DNA of 64,000 bases from positions 128,001 through 192,000 of the forward strand of contig CAVPSB010000018.1 of the NCBI GenBank assembly GCA_963708025.1, written 5' to 3'. Below are positions 22,108 to 31,933 of this stretch, piece by piece. Source of the stretch: an uncultured Candidatus Rokubacteria bacterium (GTDB taxonomy: Bacteria > Methylomirabilota > Methylomirabilia > Rokubacteriales > DASRDR01). Within the stretch, counting starts at the first letter, position 1; each line of letters begins with the position of its first letter. Under the pieces are notes generated by a model, which was not told where the DNA came from, did no database searches, and saw nothing but the letters and a program-made list of their open reading frames with translations. The translations under genes were made by a program, and so were the position numbers.

Positions 22108-22308
22108 ATGGAGGTCCGGCGATACCTGGGGGCGCTGCTCGTGGTCGGGGTCCTGGCCGCCGGGGTCCTGGCGGGCTGTGACTAGGGCCCGGCGCAGCGA
22201 ACCGGCGAGAAGATCGACAACGCCATGGACAAGCTGACCGGCAAGGGTCCCGCAGAGAAGGCGGGCGAGAAGATCGACGAGGCGATCGACGCCGTCAAGA
22301 AGAAGTAG
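22108..22308 (+). pseudogene. Small stress-type lipoprotein with in-frame TAG at 22183-22185
   Basis: GGAGG RBS; MEVRRYLGALLVVGVLAAGVLAGCD*GPAQRTGEKIDNAMDKLTGKGPAEKAGEKIDEAIDAVKKK; the duplicated GPAxxxGEKID motif continues past the stop. Confidence 0.7.
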
Positions 22309-22459
22309 CGGCGATCGCCCACCGGCGTCGGGGCCGGACGGCCCTCCGTCGGTGGGCTCACGCCGGGCTCCGCGGGGGCCCCATTGCCCGCGCGGCCCGA
22401 GTCGGTGACAATGGTAGGTGCCGGCGCCGGAGGGTCGGGTCCCGGCGAGGGGGGTCGGT

Positions 22460-22690
22460 ATGGTGCTCGCGGTGGATTGCAGCCGTCTTTGCCCTGATTG
22501 TGACATCCTCACCGAGTCGCTTGTCTGCCCCGTCTGCGGGCGTGACCGGACGTTTCCCGTGGCCGCGTGGCTGAGCCCCCTGAAGGCCGCCCGCCCACCC
22601 GCGGTGGCTCATGCGACACTCCATCTCCGGCGTGACCTGATCCGGCGTCGTGCCGCGGGGGATCGCCGCCCCCTCGGTCGCGCCTCTTGA
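22460..22690 (+). CDS. Small zinc-ribbon protein
   Basis: CPDC-x8-CPVC. Confidence 0.55.
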   Translation: MVLAVDCSRLCPDCDILTESLVCPVCGRDRTFPVAAWLSPLKAARPPAVAHATLHLRRDLIRRRAAGDRRPLGRAS

Positions 22691-22742
22691 CCGACTGCGA
22701 CGCCATCATCCTTCGCGCTCCCAGCACGCGCTCCCGGCCGGC

Positions 22743-22771
22743 TTGACTCGGACCCAGTGAGCCGATAGGCT
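22743..22771 (+). promoter_or_regulatory. Putative sigma70 promoter of the hem operon
   Basis: TTGACT-17nt-TAGGCT. Confidence 0.55.
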
Positions 22772-22817
22772 CGCGGCGTCCGCCTGTCTCATCGCCACAC
22801 TCACCCCGGGGGGATCC

Positions 22818-23840
22818 GTGCACCCGTTCCTGGCCGCGTGTCGTCGACACGAGACCGGCTTCACGCCGGTCTGGCTGATGCGCCAGGCGGGGCGCTATCT
22901 GCCGGAGTACCGGGCGCTGCGGAGCCGGTTCGGCTTCCTGGAGCTGTGCAAGAACCCCGAGGCGGCGGCGGAGGTGACGCTCCTGCCGGTGGAGCGCCTC
23001 GCGGTGGACGCGGCGATTCTCTTCGCCGACATCCTGCTCGTCGCGGAGCCCATGGGCGTCGGGCTCGAGTTCGCGCGCGGCGAGGGGCCGGCGATCCACC
23101 GGCCGGTCCGCTCGGCCGCGGACGTGGGGCGGCTGGCCGAGCCGGACCCGACCGAGACGCTTTCTTTCGTCTTCGAGACCGTGCGTCGGGTCCGGGCGGC
23201 CCTGGCGGACCGGATTCCCCTGATCGGCTTCGCCGGCGCGCCCTTCACGGTTGCCTCCTACCTGATCGAGGGCGGCGCCTCCCGCGACTACCTGGAGACC
23301 AAGCGCCTGATGTACGCCGACCCCGACGCCTGGCACGCGCTGCTGGCGCTCCTCGCCCGCACGACGGCCCGCTACCTGAACGGCCAGATCGCGGCCGGCG
23401 CCCAGGCGGTCCAGCTCTTCGATTCCTGGGTCGGGTGCCTGGCGCCCGACGACTACCGCGCGTACGTGCTGCCGCACAGCCGGGCGGTGATCCAGGCCCT
23501 GACGCCGGGCGTCCCGGTGATCCATTTCGGGACGGGCACCGCCGGGCTGCTCGAGGCGTTCCGAGAGGCGGGGGGCGACGTGATCGGCCTCGACTGGCGC
23601 GTGGATCTGGGCCAGGCCTGGGCCCGGGTCGGCCACGACGTCGCGGTGCAGGGCAACCTCGATCCCGTCGCGCTGCTGGCACCGCCGGAGGCGATCCGCC
23701 AGCGGGTCCGGGCGATCCTGGACCGCGCCGGCGGCCGACCCGGCCACGTCTTCAACCTGGGCCATGGGGTGTTGCCCCAGACGCCCGTGGATCACGTCCG
23801 CACGATGGTGGATGCCGTCCACGAGCTCTCGGCGCGGTAA
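22818..23840 (+). CDS. hemE: Uroporphyrinogen decarboxylase
   Basis: PVWLMRQAGRYLPEY, IGFAGAPFTVASY, VFNLGHG. Confidence 0.97.
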   Translation: MHPFLAACRRHETGFTPVWLMRQAGRYLPEYRALRSRFGFLELCKNPEAAAEVTLLPVERLAVDAAILFADILLVAEPMGVGLEFARGEGPAIHRPVRSAADVGRLAEPDPTETLSFVFETVRRVRAALADRIPLIGFAGAPFTVASYLIEGGASRDYLETKRLMYADPDAWHALLALLARTTARYLNGQIAAGAQAVQLFDSWVGCLAPDDYRAYVLPHSRAVIQALTPGVPVIHFGTGTAGLLEAFREAGGDVIGLDWRVDLGQAWARVGHDVAVQGNLDPVALLAPPEAIRQRVRAILDRAGGRPGHVFNLGHGVLPQTPVDHVRTMVDAVHELSAR

Positions 23841-23849
23841 ACTCGTCGC

Positions 23850-24794
23850 ATGGCCGCGCAGGTCGACGCCGTCCTCCTGATCGCCTTCGGAGGGCCGGAG
23901 AAGCCTGACGACATCCGGCCCTTCCTGGCCAACGTGACGCGGGGCCGCGCCATCCCGGCGGCCCGCCTGGAGGAGGTGGCGCATCACTACGAGCTGATCG
24001 GCGGGCGCTCGCCGCTGAACGAGCTGACCTTTCGCCAGGCCGACGCCCTCCACGCCCGCCTGGCGGCGGCCGGCGCCGAGCTGGCGGTGTACGTCGGGAT
24101 GCGGAACTGGACGCCGTACCTCCACGAGACGCTGGCCGCGATGGCCGCCGCCGGCGTCCGCACGGCCCTCGGCGTGATCCTCTCCGCGCACCAGACCGAG
24201 GCCTCGTGGGAGCGCTACCAGGCCAGCGTCGACGAGGCGCGGAGCCGCGTGGGTCCGGCGGCGCCGGCGGTGCGCTACACCTCGGTCTGGTTCGACCGGC
24301 CGGGGTTCGTCGAGGCGATGGCCGACCGCGTCCGCGAGGCGTTCCGGGGGATCCCGGCCACCGAGCGCGCGGCGACCCCACTCGTCTTCACCGCCCACAG
24401 CGTGCCGGTGCCGATGGCCGAGGCCTCGCCGTACGTCGCCCAGATCGCGGAGTCGTCCCGGCTGGTGGCCGCGCGCCTGGGCCACGAGCGCTGGTCGGTG
24501 GCGTACCAGAGTCGGAGCGGCCGGCCGCAGGACCCGTGGCTCGAGCCCGACGTCGGGGACGAGATCCGGCGGCTCCACGCGGGGGGAGCCCGCGACGTCG
24601 TCGTGGCGCCGATCGGCTTCGTCTGCGATCACGTGGAGGTGCTCTACGACCTCGACGTGGAGGCGAGGGGGATCGCCGAGGCCTGCGGGATCGGCTTCCA
24701 CCGGGCGGTCACGGTCACGGATCACCCGGCCTTCATCGACACGCTGGCCGACCTCGTCCGCGACGAGCTCGCGCGGCACCCCGACGGTGGCTAG
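23850..24794 (+). CDS. hemH: Ferrochelatase
   Basis: FGGPE, GGRSPL, VFTAHS, YQSRSG..PWLEPD, GFVCDHVEVLYDLD. Confidence 0.95.
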   Translation: MAAQVDAVLLIAFGGPEKPDDIRPFLANVTRGRAIPAARLEEVAHHYELIGGRSPLNELTFRQADALHARLAAAGAELAVYVGMRNWTPYLHETLAAMAAAGVRTALGVILSAHQTEASWERYQASVDEARSRVGPAAPAVRYTSVWFDRPGFVEAMADRVREAFRGIPATERAATPLVFTAHSVPVPMAEASPYVAQIAESSRLVAARLGHERWSVAYQSRSGRPQDPWLEPDVGDEIRRLHAGGARDVVVAPIGFVCDHVEVLYDLDVEARGIAEACGIGFHRAVTVTDHPAFIDTLADLVRDELARHPDGG

Positions 24795-26304
24795 CGCGAA
24801 CGACCCCAGCGCGAACGACCCCCAGGTGGGGGGGTCCAGGGGGGGAGTGGTTGGGACTCCCCCCCTGCAGGTCGTTGTCGTGGGTGGTGGGATCACCGGC
24901 CTCGCCGCGGCGCATCGGCTCGTGGAGCTGGCCCGGGAGCGCGGGCTTGCGGCCGATGTCACGGTGGTGGAAGCGGCCGGGCGGCTCGGCGGGACCATCC
25001 AGACCGAGCGCGTGGACGGGTTCCTCGTCGAGGCCGGCCCCGACTCCTTCATCTCCGAGAAGCCGTGGGCGCTGGCCCTCGCCGAGCGGATCGGCCTCGG
25101 TCCTCGCCTGTGCCGGACCGACGACCGGCATCGCCGGACCTACGTGGCGCGCGCCGGCCGGCTCCACCCCTTGCCGGACGGCTTCCTCTTGCTGGCCCCG
25201 GCCCGCCTCGTGCCCTTCGTCGCCTCGTCTCTCTTCTCCTGGCCGGGCAAGCTCCGGATGGCGCTCGACCTCGTGCTGCCGCGCCGGGCCGGGACCGGCG
25301 ACGAGAGCCTGGCGAGCTTCGTGACGCGGCGGCTCGGCCGGGAGGCGCTGGAGCGCGTCGCCGAGCCGCTGGTGGCGGGCATCTACACCGCGGTGCCCGA
25401 GCGGCTCAGCCTGGCGGCCACCATGCCCCGGTTCCTCGCGCTCGAGCGCCAGCACCGGAGCCTGATCCTCGGCCTCCGGAAGAGCGCCGCCGCGGGGGAG
25501 GTGCGCGGGGCGAGCGGCGCGCGCTGGAGCCTCTTCGTCACGCTGGCGGGCGGGATGGGTGAGCTGGTGGAGGCGCTGGCGGGGCGGCTGCCGCCCGGTG
25601 CGGTCCGGCTCGGCGCCCGGGTGACCGGTCTCGCGCGCGAGGCGGGAGGAGCGGCCTGGCAGGTCCGGCTCGCCGACGGCGGCGTGCTGCCGGCCGACGC
25701 CGTGGTGCTGGCCGGCCCGGCGCCCCGCATGGCACCCCTCGTCGAGGGGTTCGATCCGGAGCTGGCCCGCGGGCTCGGCGCCATTGGCTACGCCTCCTCG
25801 GCCACCGTGAGCCTGGCCTACCCCCGCGCGGCGATCCGCCACCCGCTGGATGGCTTCGGGGTCGTGATCCCGCGATCCGAGGGCCGGGCGACCCTGGCCT
25901 GCACGTTCTCCAGCGTGAAGTACCCCGGCCGCGCGCCGGAGGGCGCCGTCCTGCTGCGCGCGTTCCTCCGCGACCGGGGGGGCGAGATCCTCGAGCGGGA
26001 CGACGCCACGCTGGCGGGGCTGGCCGAGCAGGACCTCGGCGCCTACCTCGGGATCGAGGGCCGGCCGGTGCTGACCCGGGTGTCCCGCCATCCGGCCGCG
26101 ATGCCCCAGTACGAGGTCGGTCACCTCGAGCGCGTCACGGCCCTGGAAGCGCGGCTCGCGGCCTGGCCGGGCCTGGCGCTGGCGGGCGCTGCCTACCGGG
26201 GCGTCGGGATCTCCGACTGCGTCCGATCGGGCGAGGAGAGCGCCGAGCGGCTGCTCGCCGCGCTGGCCGGATCGGCCTTGACAGCGCCGGCCGGGCGCTC
26301 GTAG
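24787..26304 (+). CDS. hemY: Copro/protoporphyrinogen oxidase (HemY type)
   Basis: VVGGGITGLAAA, EAGPDSF, EPLVAGIY, MPQYEVGH, YRGVGISDC. Confidence 0.93.
   Translation: MASANDPSANDPQVGGSRGGVVGTPPLQVVVVGGGITGLAAAHRLVELARERGLAADVTVVEAAGRLGGTIQTERVDGFLVEAGPDSFISEKPWALALAERIGLGPRLCRTDDRHRRTYVARAGRLHPLPDGFLLLAPARLVPFVASSLFSWPGKLRMALDLVLPRRAGTGDESLASFVTRRLGREALERVAEPLVAGIYTAVPERLSLAATMPRFLALERQHRSLILGLRKSAAAGEVRGASGARWSLFVTLAGGMGELVEALAGRLPPGAVRLGARVTGLAREAGGAAWQVRLADGGVLPADAVVLAGPAPRMAPLVEGFDPELARGLGAIGYASSATVSLAYPRAAIRHPLDGFGVVIPRSEGRATLACTFSSVKYPGRAPEGAVLLRAFLRDRGGEILERDDATLAGLAEQDLGAYLGIEGRPVLTRVSRHPAAMPQYEVGHLERVTALEARLAAWPGLALAGAAYRGVGISDCVRSGEESAERLLAALAGSALTAPAGRS
24793..24867. repeat. 15-bp tandem duplication plus hairpin inside the hemY 5' end
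   Basis: (AGCGCGAACGACCCC)x2 at 24793-24822; CAGGGGGGGAGT/ACTCCCCCCCTG perfect 12-bp stem at 24837-24867. Confidence 0.75.
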
Positions 26305-26316
26305 AGTTCGGCCACG

Positions 26317-27195
26317 ATGAGGCCGACAGCGCTGGCGTGCCTGGTGCTGGTCGCTCTGACCGGGGTCGCGGAGGTGGCCGCGCAGCCGGCGTCGGTGAGC
26401 CGCGTCTTCGCGGGCCCCCTGGACAAGGTCTGGAGCGCCGCCGAGGCCACGCTGAGGAGCCTGGGCTGGAGGATCGACCAGAGGAACAAGGCGATCGGAT
26501 CGATCGTGACCGACTCCCGGTCCCTCGACTTCAAGGAGTTCGGCGTCTACGGCGAGGGCACCCGCCACAAGCTGCGGCTGTCGGTGAACGCGGCCGGAGC
26601 CGCACAGACGAGCGTGACGGTCGAGCGCGAGCTGTACAAGGAGGAGCGCATCCTCTGGATGCCCAACCGGAAGGTGATCGAGACGTCCGACCGGAGCGTG
26701 GAGACCGCCGTGCTCGACGCCCTCGAGCGGGCGGTCCCCGCCGCCGTCGTCGAGGCCCCGGCACCGCGCCCCGTCCCGGGCGGGCCGTCACCGGGCGCCC
26801 CGCCGGTCGCCGCCCCCCCGCCGGTCGCCGTCCCCGCCCCGATCGCCGCTCCCCCACCGGTTTCCACCCCCGCCCCGGTCGTCGCCGTCCCCCCTGGCTC
26901 CAGCCGGGGCGAGTTCACCTTCAAGGTGACCTACCGCGTCAAGGGGACGGCCGGCAGCGCGGTCCTCACCTACCGGAACGCGCGGGGGGGCACCGAGCAG
27001 TCGAGCGCGCGGCTGCCGTGGGAGCTCTCCTTCGACGCCAAGGGCGGGCTCTTCCTGTACGTTTCCGCCCAGAACGAGAGCACGACCGGCTCGGTGACGT
27101 GCGAGATCCTGCTCGACGACGAGAGCCGCACCAGCTCGACCTCCAGCGGGGCGTACGTGATCGCGGAGTGCAGCAACGCCGCGGAGCGGAACTAG
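26317..27195 (+). CDS. Secreted protein: N-terminal alpha/beta domain, Pro-rich linker, MmpS-like C-terminal domain
   Basis: Signal peptide; C-term VTYRVKG..TY..LPW..VSAQ..VTCEI..AECS with a Cys pair. Confidence 0.65.
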   Translation: MRPTALACLVLVALTGVAEVAAQPASVSRVFAGPLDKVWSAAEATLRSLGWRIDQRNKAIGSIVTDSRSLDFKEFGVYGEGTRHKLRLSVNAAGAAQTSVTVERELYKEERILWMPNRKVIETSDRSVETAVLDALERAVPAAVVEAPAPRPVPGGPSPGAPPVAAPPPVAVPAPIAAPPPVSTPAPVVAVPPGSSRGEFTFKVTYRVKGTAGSAVLTYRNARGGTEQSSARLPWELSFDAKGGLFLYVSAQNESTTGSVTCEILLDDESRTSSTSSGAYVIAECSNAAERN

Positions 27196-27202
27196 CCGGA
27201 CC

Positions 27203-27240
27203 CCCTTCACCCTGGCCCTCTCCCCCAAGGGGGGAGAGGA
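27203..27240. repeat. Family C palindrome
   Basis: CCCTTCACCCTGGCCCTCTCCCCCAAGGGGGGAGAGG. Confidence 0.65.
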
Positions 27241-27465
27241 AATCGGAGGCCGCCGATCAGGGTGAAACGAGCCCGGGAACCCTGGGCCCCGGTGCCGAGT
27301 ATACCTATTGATTTTGACCGGCCGCCCACCCAGAATAGCCGCACCGATTTGCCGGGTTCGAGGCCGGGCAGGGGAGGTGATCGGGGACCCGTCAGGCCTG
27401 CCGCCATCTCGGATTCACCGCGAGGATTTCACGACATCCACGCTCTTCACCCTGGAGGTCACACG

Positions 27466-28674
27466 ATGAGGCTCCGAACGCTCGCTGCTCCTCTCGCCCT
27501 GCTGCTCGTCCTGGGGCTGGCCCTGGCCCTGCCCGGCGGCGGGGTCGCCCAGCAGAAGGTCATCAAGATCGGCCTGTCGCTCCCGCTCACCGGGGCCGAC
27601 GCCGACGGGTCCGACGCCACCCTGAAGGGCGCCCAGATGGCGATCCAGGAGATCAACGCCAAGGGCGGGGTCGCCGGTCACAAGCTCGAGGGGGTCGTCT
27701 ACGACAGCGCCACCCCGGCGGCTGGCCAGTACGACCCGGCCCAGGCGGCCACCAACCACAGGAAGTTCATTGCGGACAGCCTGGTGCTGGCCGCGGTCGG
27801 CCCGTCGATGAGCGGCGAGGGCAAGGCCATCTCGCCGATCCTCAGCGAGGCCGACATGGCCACCATCACCCCCAGCTCCACCAACCCCGACATCACCGAC
27901 CCGAAGTTCAAGAGCCAGTACCGGCCCAAGGGGAAGGCCGTCTACTTCCGGAACGTGACGACCGACGCCTATCAGGGCCCGAACATGGCCAACTACCTCT
28001 TCCACCAGGTCAAGGTGAAGAGCGTCTACGTCCTCGACGACAGCGGCGCGTTCGGGGTGGGGATCGCCGACAGCTTCGAGCGGCGGGCCAAGGAGCTGGG
28101 CGTGAAGGTGCTCGGCCGAGACCGGCTCGACCCCAAGGAGGCCGACTACAAGACCATCCTCACCAAGATCAAGGGGCTGAACCCGGACGCGATCTACTAC
28201 GGCGGCGTCATGCAGGCGGCCGCCAAGCTGGCGCCCCAGGCCTACGAGATCGTGCCCAAGGTCGTCAAGGCCGGGCCAGACGGCGTCTACGACCTCTCCT
28301 GGCCGCAGCAGTCCGGCAAGGAGGCGGTCGAGGGCTGGTACTGCTCGCAGGCGTCGCCGGAGCTGGTGACGGACCCCAAGGTCGAGGCCTGGGTGACGAA
28401 GTTCAAGACGACCATGAAGCGCGACCCCACGAACTACGCGATCACCGCCTACACCGCCGTCTACGTCATCGCGGACGCGGCGGAGCGGACCGTCAAGGCC
28501 AAGAAGCCCCTGACCCGCTCGAACCTCCGCGACGCGATCCAGGCGACGAAGCTGAGCACGATCCAGGGCGCGATCGCCTACGACGAGAACGGCGACATCA
28601 CGAACCGGACGGTCTCCATCTACCAGTGGCTGGACGGCAAGATCAAGTACATCGGGGTCGCCCCCCAGAAGTAA
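27466..28674 (+). CDS. livK: Branched-chain amino acid ABC transporter substrate-binding protein
   Basis: GGAGG RBS, signal peptide, IKIGLSLPLTG, EINAKGGV, STNPDIT. Confidence 0.9.
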   Translation: MRLRTLAAPLALLLVLGLALALPGGGVAQQKVIKIGLSLPLTGADADGSDATLKGAQMAIQEINAKGGVAGHKLEGVVYDSATPAAGQYDPAQAATNHRKFIADSLVLAAVGPSMSGEGKAISPILSEADMATITPSSTNPDITDPKFKSQYRPKGKAVYFRNVTTDAYQGPNMANYLFHQVKVKSVYVLDDSGAFGVGIADSFERRAKELGVKVLGRDRLDPKEADYKTILTKIKGLNPDAIYYGGVMQAAAKLAPQAYEIVPKVVKAGPDGVYDLSWPQQSGKEAVEGWYCSQASPELVTDPKVEAWVTKFKTTMKRDPTNYAITAYTAVYVIADAAERTVKAKKPLTRSNLRDAIQATKLSTIQGAIAYDENGDITNRTVSIYQWLDGKIKYIGVAPQK

Positions 28675-28734
28675 GAGCGAATCCGAGGTGATTCCGGGCA
28701 GGCGCCGGCGGCGCCTGCCCGGGCGCCGCTGCCG

Positions 28735-29664
28735 ATGAGCTTCTTCGAAGTCCTCCTCCAGCAGGTGATCAACGGGCTCGCCCTGGGCATGATGTACGCA
28801 CTGCTGGCCCTCGGCTTCACCATGGTCTACGGCATCATCGAGCTGATCAACTTCGCCCACTTCAGCGTGTTCATGAGCGGGACCTTCATCGGTCTCGTCG
28901 TGCTCGAGCTGATGGGGCTCGGTGGGGCCTCGAAGGCGCTCACCGGCTTCCCCCTGGTGGGCGCGCTGGTCGTCCTGTTCGCGGTGACCATGACGGCGAC
29001 CGGGCTCCTCGGCGTGCTCATCGAGCGAGTCTGTCTGCGCCCCGTCCGGGGCGTCTCCGGGACGGCGCCCATGATCACGACCATCGGCGTGGCGTTCATC
29101 CTGATCAACATCGCGCTCCTCACCTGGGGCCCCCAGACCAAGCGCTTTCCGCCGCTCCTGCCGAACTGGCGGTGGGAGATCGGCCAGGCCGACGTCACCT
29201 TCAAGCAGCTATTGCTCTGCGCCACCGGCCTGATCCTCATGCTCGCGCTGAACTACCTCGTGAAGCGAACCGCGCTGGGGAAGGCGATGCGGGCCACCGC
29301 CCAGGACATGGACGCGGCGAAGATGATGGGCGTGGACGTGGACCGGATCGTCATGCTCACGTTCTTCCTGGGCTCCGCCCTGGCCGGGGCCGGGAGCCTC
29401 TTCTTCGGCCTGTACTACGGCTTCACCGGCTACTACATCGGCTACACCACCGGGCTGCGGGCCTTCACCTCCGCGGTCCTCGGCGGCATCGGCAACATCC
29501 CGGGCGCGGTCGTCGGCGGGCTCCTGATCGGGTTGATCCAGTCGCTCGGCGGTCAGTTCCTCGAGGTCAAGTGGACCGACGTGATCATCTTCTCGATCCT
29601 GATCACCGTCATGGTCTTTCGGCCGACCGGCCTCTTCGGCGTGCACGCGCCCCAGAAGGCGTGA
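28735..29664 (+). CDS. livH: BCAA ABC permease
   Basis: QQVINGLALG..YALLALGFTMVYGIIELINFAH, LGKAMRA, AVLGGIGNIPGA. Confidence 0.94.
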   Translation: MSFFEVLLQQVINGLALGMMYALLALGFTMVYGIIELINFAHFSVFMSGTFIGLVVLELMGLGGASKALTGFPLVGALVVLFAVTMTATGLLGVLIERVCLRPVRGVSGTAPMITTIGVAFILINIALLTWGPQTKRFPPLLPNWRWEIGQADVTFKQLLLCATGLILMLALNYLVKRTALGKAMRATAQDMDAAKMMGVDVDRIVMLTFFLGSALAGAGSLFFGLYYGFTGYYIGYTTGLRAFTSAVLGGIGNIPGAVVGGLLIGLIQSLGGQFLEVKWTDVIIFSILITVMVFRPTGLFGVHAPQKA

Positions 29665-31680
29665 TGCGCGCCCTGGCGGCGCGCCTCCCCGGCCTCGGCT
29701 GGGTCATCCGCTGGCGCGCGCTCCCCCTCGGCCGCCGCCGCCAGATCCTCGCGGTCGTCCTGCTCGCGGTCGGCCTCGCGTTTCCGCTGGTCGTGACCAA
29801 CGCCGGGAACGTGGACGCCGCCGCCAACGCCTACACCTACGTCCTGCTCGCCCTCGGCCTGAACATCGTCGTCGGCTTCGCGGGCCTCCTCGACCTCGGC
29901 TACGCGGCGTTCTTCGCCATCGGCGCCTACGGCTACGGGATCGCCGCCTCGTCGCAGCTCAAGCTGCCGTGGTCCGACGTGTGGACACCCCTCCTCTGGC
30001 TCGGCCAGGTGGCCCGCGTGTCCGTCGAGGGGCAGCCCGATCTGGTCAAGCTCCAGTTCTCGTTCTGGGGAATGCTGGCCGTGGGCGCGCTCGTCTGCGC
30101 CCTGTTCGGCGTCCTGTTCGGCGCGCCCACGCTGCGGCTCCGGGGCGATTACCTGGCCATCGTGACCCTCGGGTTCGGTGAGATCGTCCCGGTGGTCGCC
30201 CGCAACTGGGAGTGGCTGACCAACGGGGCGCAGGGGCTCGGCGGGATCAAGACGCCGACGCTGTTCGGCTACGAGTTCGGCTTCTCGCCCTACCCCTACT
30301 ACTTCCTCGGGCTCGGGCTGGTCGCCCTGGCCATCTTCTGCTCCCTCCGTCTCCAGGAGTCGCGGGTGGGACGGGCCTGGCGGGCGATCCGCGAGGACGA
30401 GCTGGCGGCCGGGGCGATGGGCGTCAACCCTGTCCATTACAAGCTCCTGGCGTTCGCGATCGGCGCGGCCGTGGGCGGACTGGGGGGAGTCTTCTACGTC
30501 GCCAAGCTGACGACCGCGACGCCGGACATGTTCACGTTCCCGGTGTCGGTCATGGTGCTCGTGATGGTGGTGCTCGGCGGGATGGGGTCGGTCCGCGGCG
30601 TGGTGCTGGCCGCGCTGATCCTCGCGTTCCTCCAGTCGGTGATCCTCCAGGAGCTGACGGAGTACGTCCACGCCCTCGGGCGGCTGGTGGGCAGCGACTT
30701 CCTCCAGAGGGTCCAGCTCATCACCTCGCTCGAGCTGATCTTCGGCCTGATCCTCGTGCTGATGATGCTCTTCCGCCGGGAGGGCCTGTTCCCGGCGGTG
30801 CGGCGGGTCACCGCGCTGAGCCTCGAGCAGCAGGCGGCGGTGCCGTCGCGCGGCGGGGCGGTCCGGCTGTCGTGGATGGAGGATCGGCCGGCCGCGCGCC
30901 CGGGTCCGCTCCTGGAGATCGAGGGCCTGACCAAGCGGTTCGGCGGCGTGGCGGCGGCGGATGGCATCGACCTCGTGGTGGCGCCCGGCGAGCTGGTGAG
31001 CGTGATCGGGCCGAACGGCTCGGGGAAGACGACCCTCTTCAACCTGATCACCGGCCTGGCCGAGCGGGACTCGGGCACGGTGCGGCTCGAGGGAGTCACC
31101 ATCGGCGGCCTCGCCGTCCCACGAGATCGTGGCCCGCGGCATCGCGCGGACGTTCCAGAACATCCGGCTGTTCAACAACCTGAGCGTGCTGGAGAACATG
31201 CTGGTCGGCGAGCACGCCCGCCTGACGTCGGGGGCGCTGGGCGCGATCGTCCGCCTGCCCGGCGTCCGGGCCGAGGAGCGGCGCGCGGTGGAGAGCGCGC
31301 TCGAGGTGCTCGGCCTGTTCGGCAACCGCCTACTGCCGCGGCTCGACCACCCGGTCTACGGGCTGTCGTACGCCAACCGGCGGCGGACGGAGATCGCCCG
31401 GGCGATCATGACCCGGCCGAAGCTCCTCCTGCTCGACGAGCCGGCCGCCGGGATGAACCCGGCCGAGACGCTCGAGCTGATGGACCTGGTCAAGGCGCTC
31501 CGCGGCCTGGGGGTCACGATCATCCTGATCGAGCACAAGCTGGACGTGGTCATGGACGTCTCGGACCGCGTCGTCGTGCTGGACCACGGCGTCAAGATCG
31601 CCGAGGGGAAGCCGGCCCTGGTGCGCAACGACGAGAAGGTGATCGAGGCGTACCTGGGAAGGCGGCGGCGAGTCGCGTGA
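29664..31680 (+). CDS. livM: Fused LivM permease-LivG ATPase, with +1 frameshift near 31113
   Basis: GLNIVVGFAGLLDLGY and LRLRGDYLAIVTLGFGEI run in frame into GPNGSGKTT; continues in another frame as RGIARTFQNIRLF..LLDEPAAG..VIEAYLG. Confidence 0.88.
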
Positions 31681-31921
31681 TGGCCGGGCCGATACCCGTC
31701 GCGATCTCCGTCTCGGCCGTGACGCGCTCGGCCTGCGTCGATCGGACGGCCTTCGGCCTGGGGGCGTCCGTCCCGGCCTATGGTCGTCGATCGGACGGCC
31801 TCCGGCCTCTGGGGTCGTCGCCGATCCTCGGCGTACTCGGAGTACGCCTGCGGTCAGCGACACCCTGCGTTCTTCGGACGGCCTTCGGCCTGCGGGGGCT
31901 GCTCGGGTCTCGGCCCGGCCA
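31681..31921. mobile_element. Family B MITE-like element, copy 1 (3 hairpin modules)
   Basis: 17-bp TIR TGGCCGGGCCGATACCC/GGGTCTCGGCCCGGCCA (1 mismatch); flanking direct repeat TGATGGCCGGG at 31678-31688 and 31932-31942. Confidence 0.8.
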
Positions 31922-31933
31922 AGGGGTCGGCTG

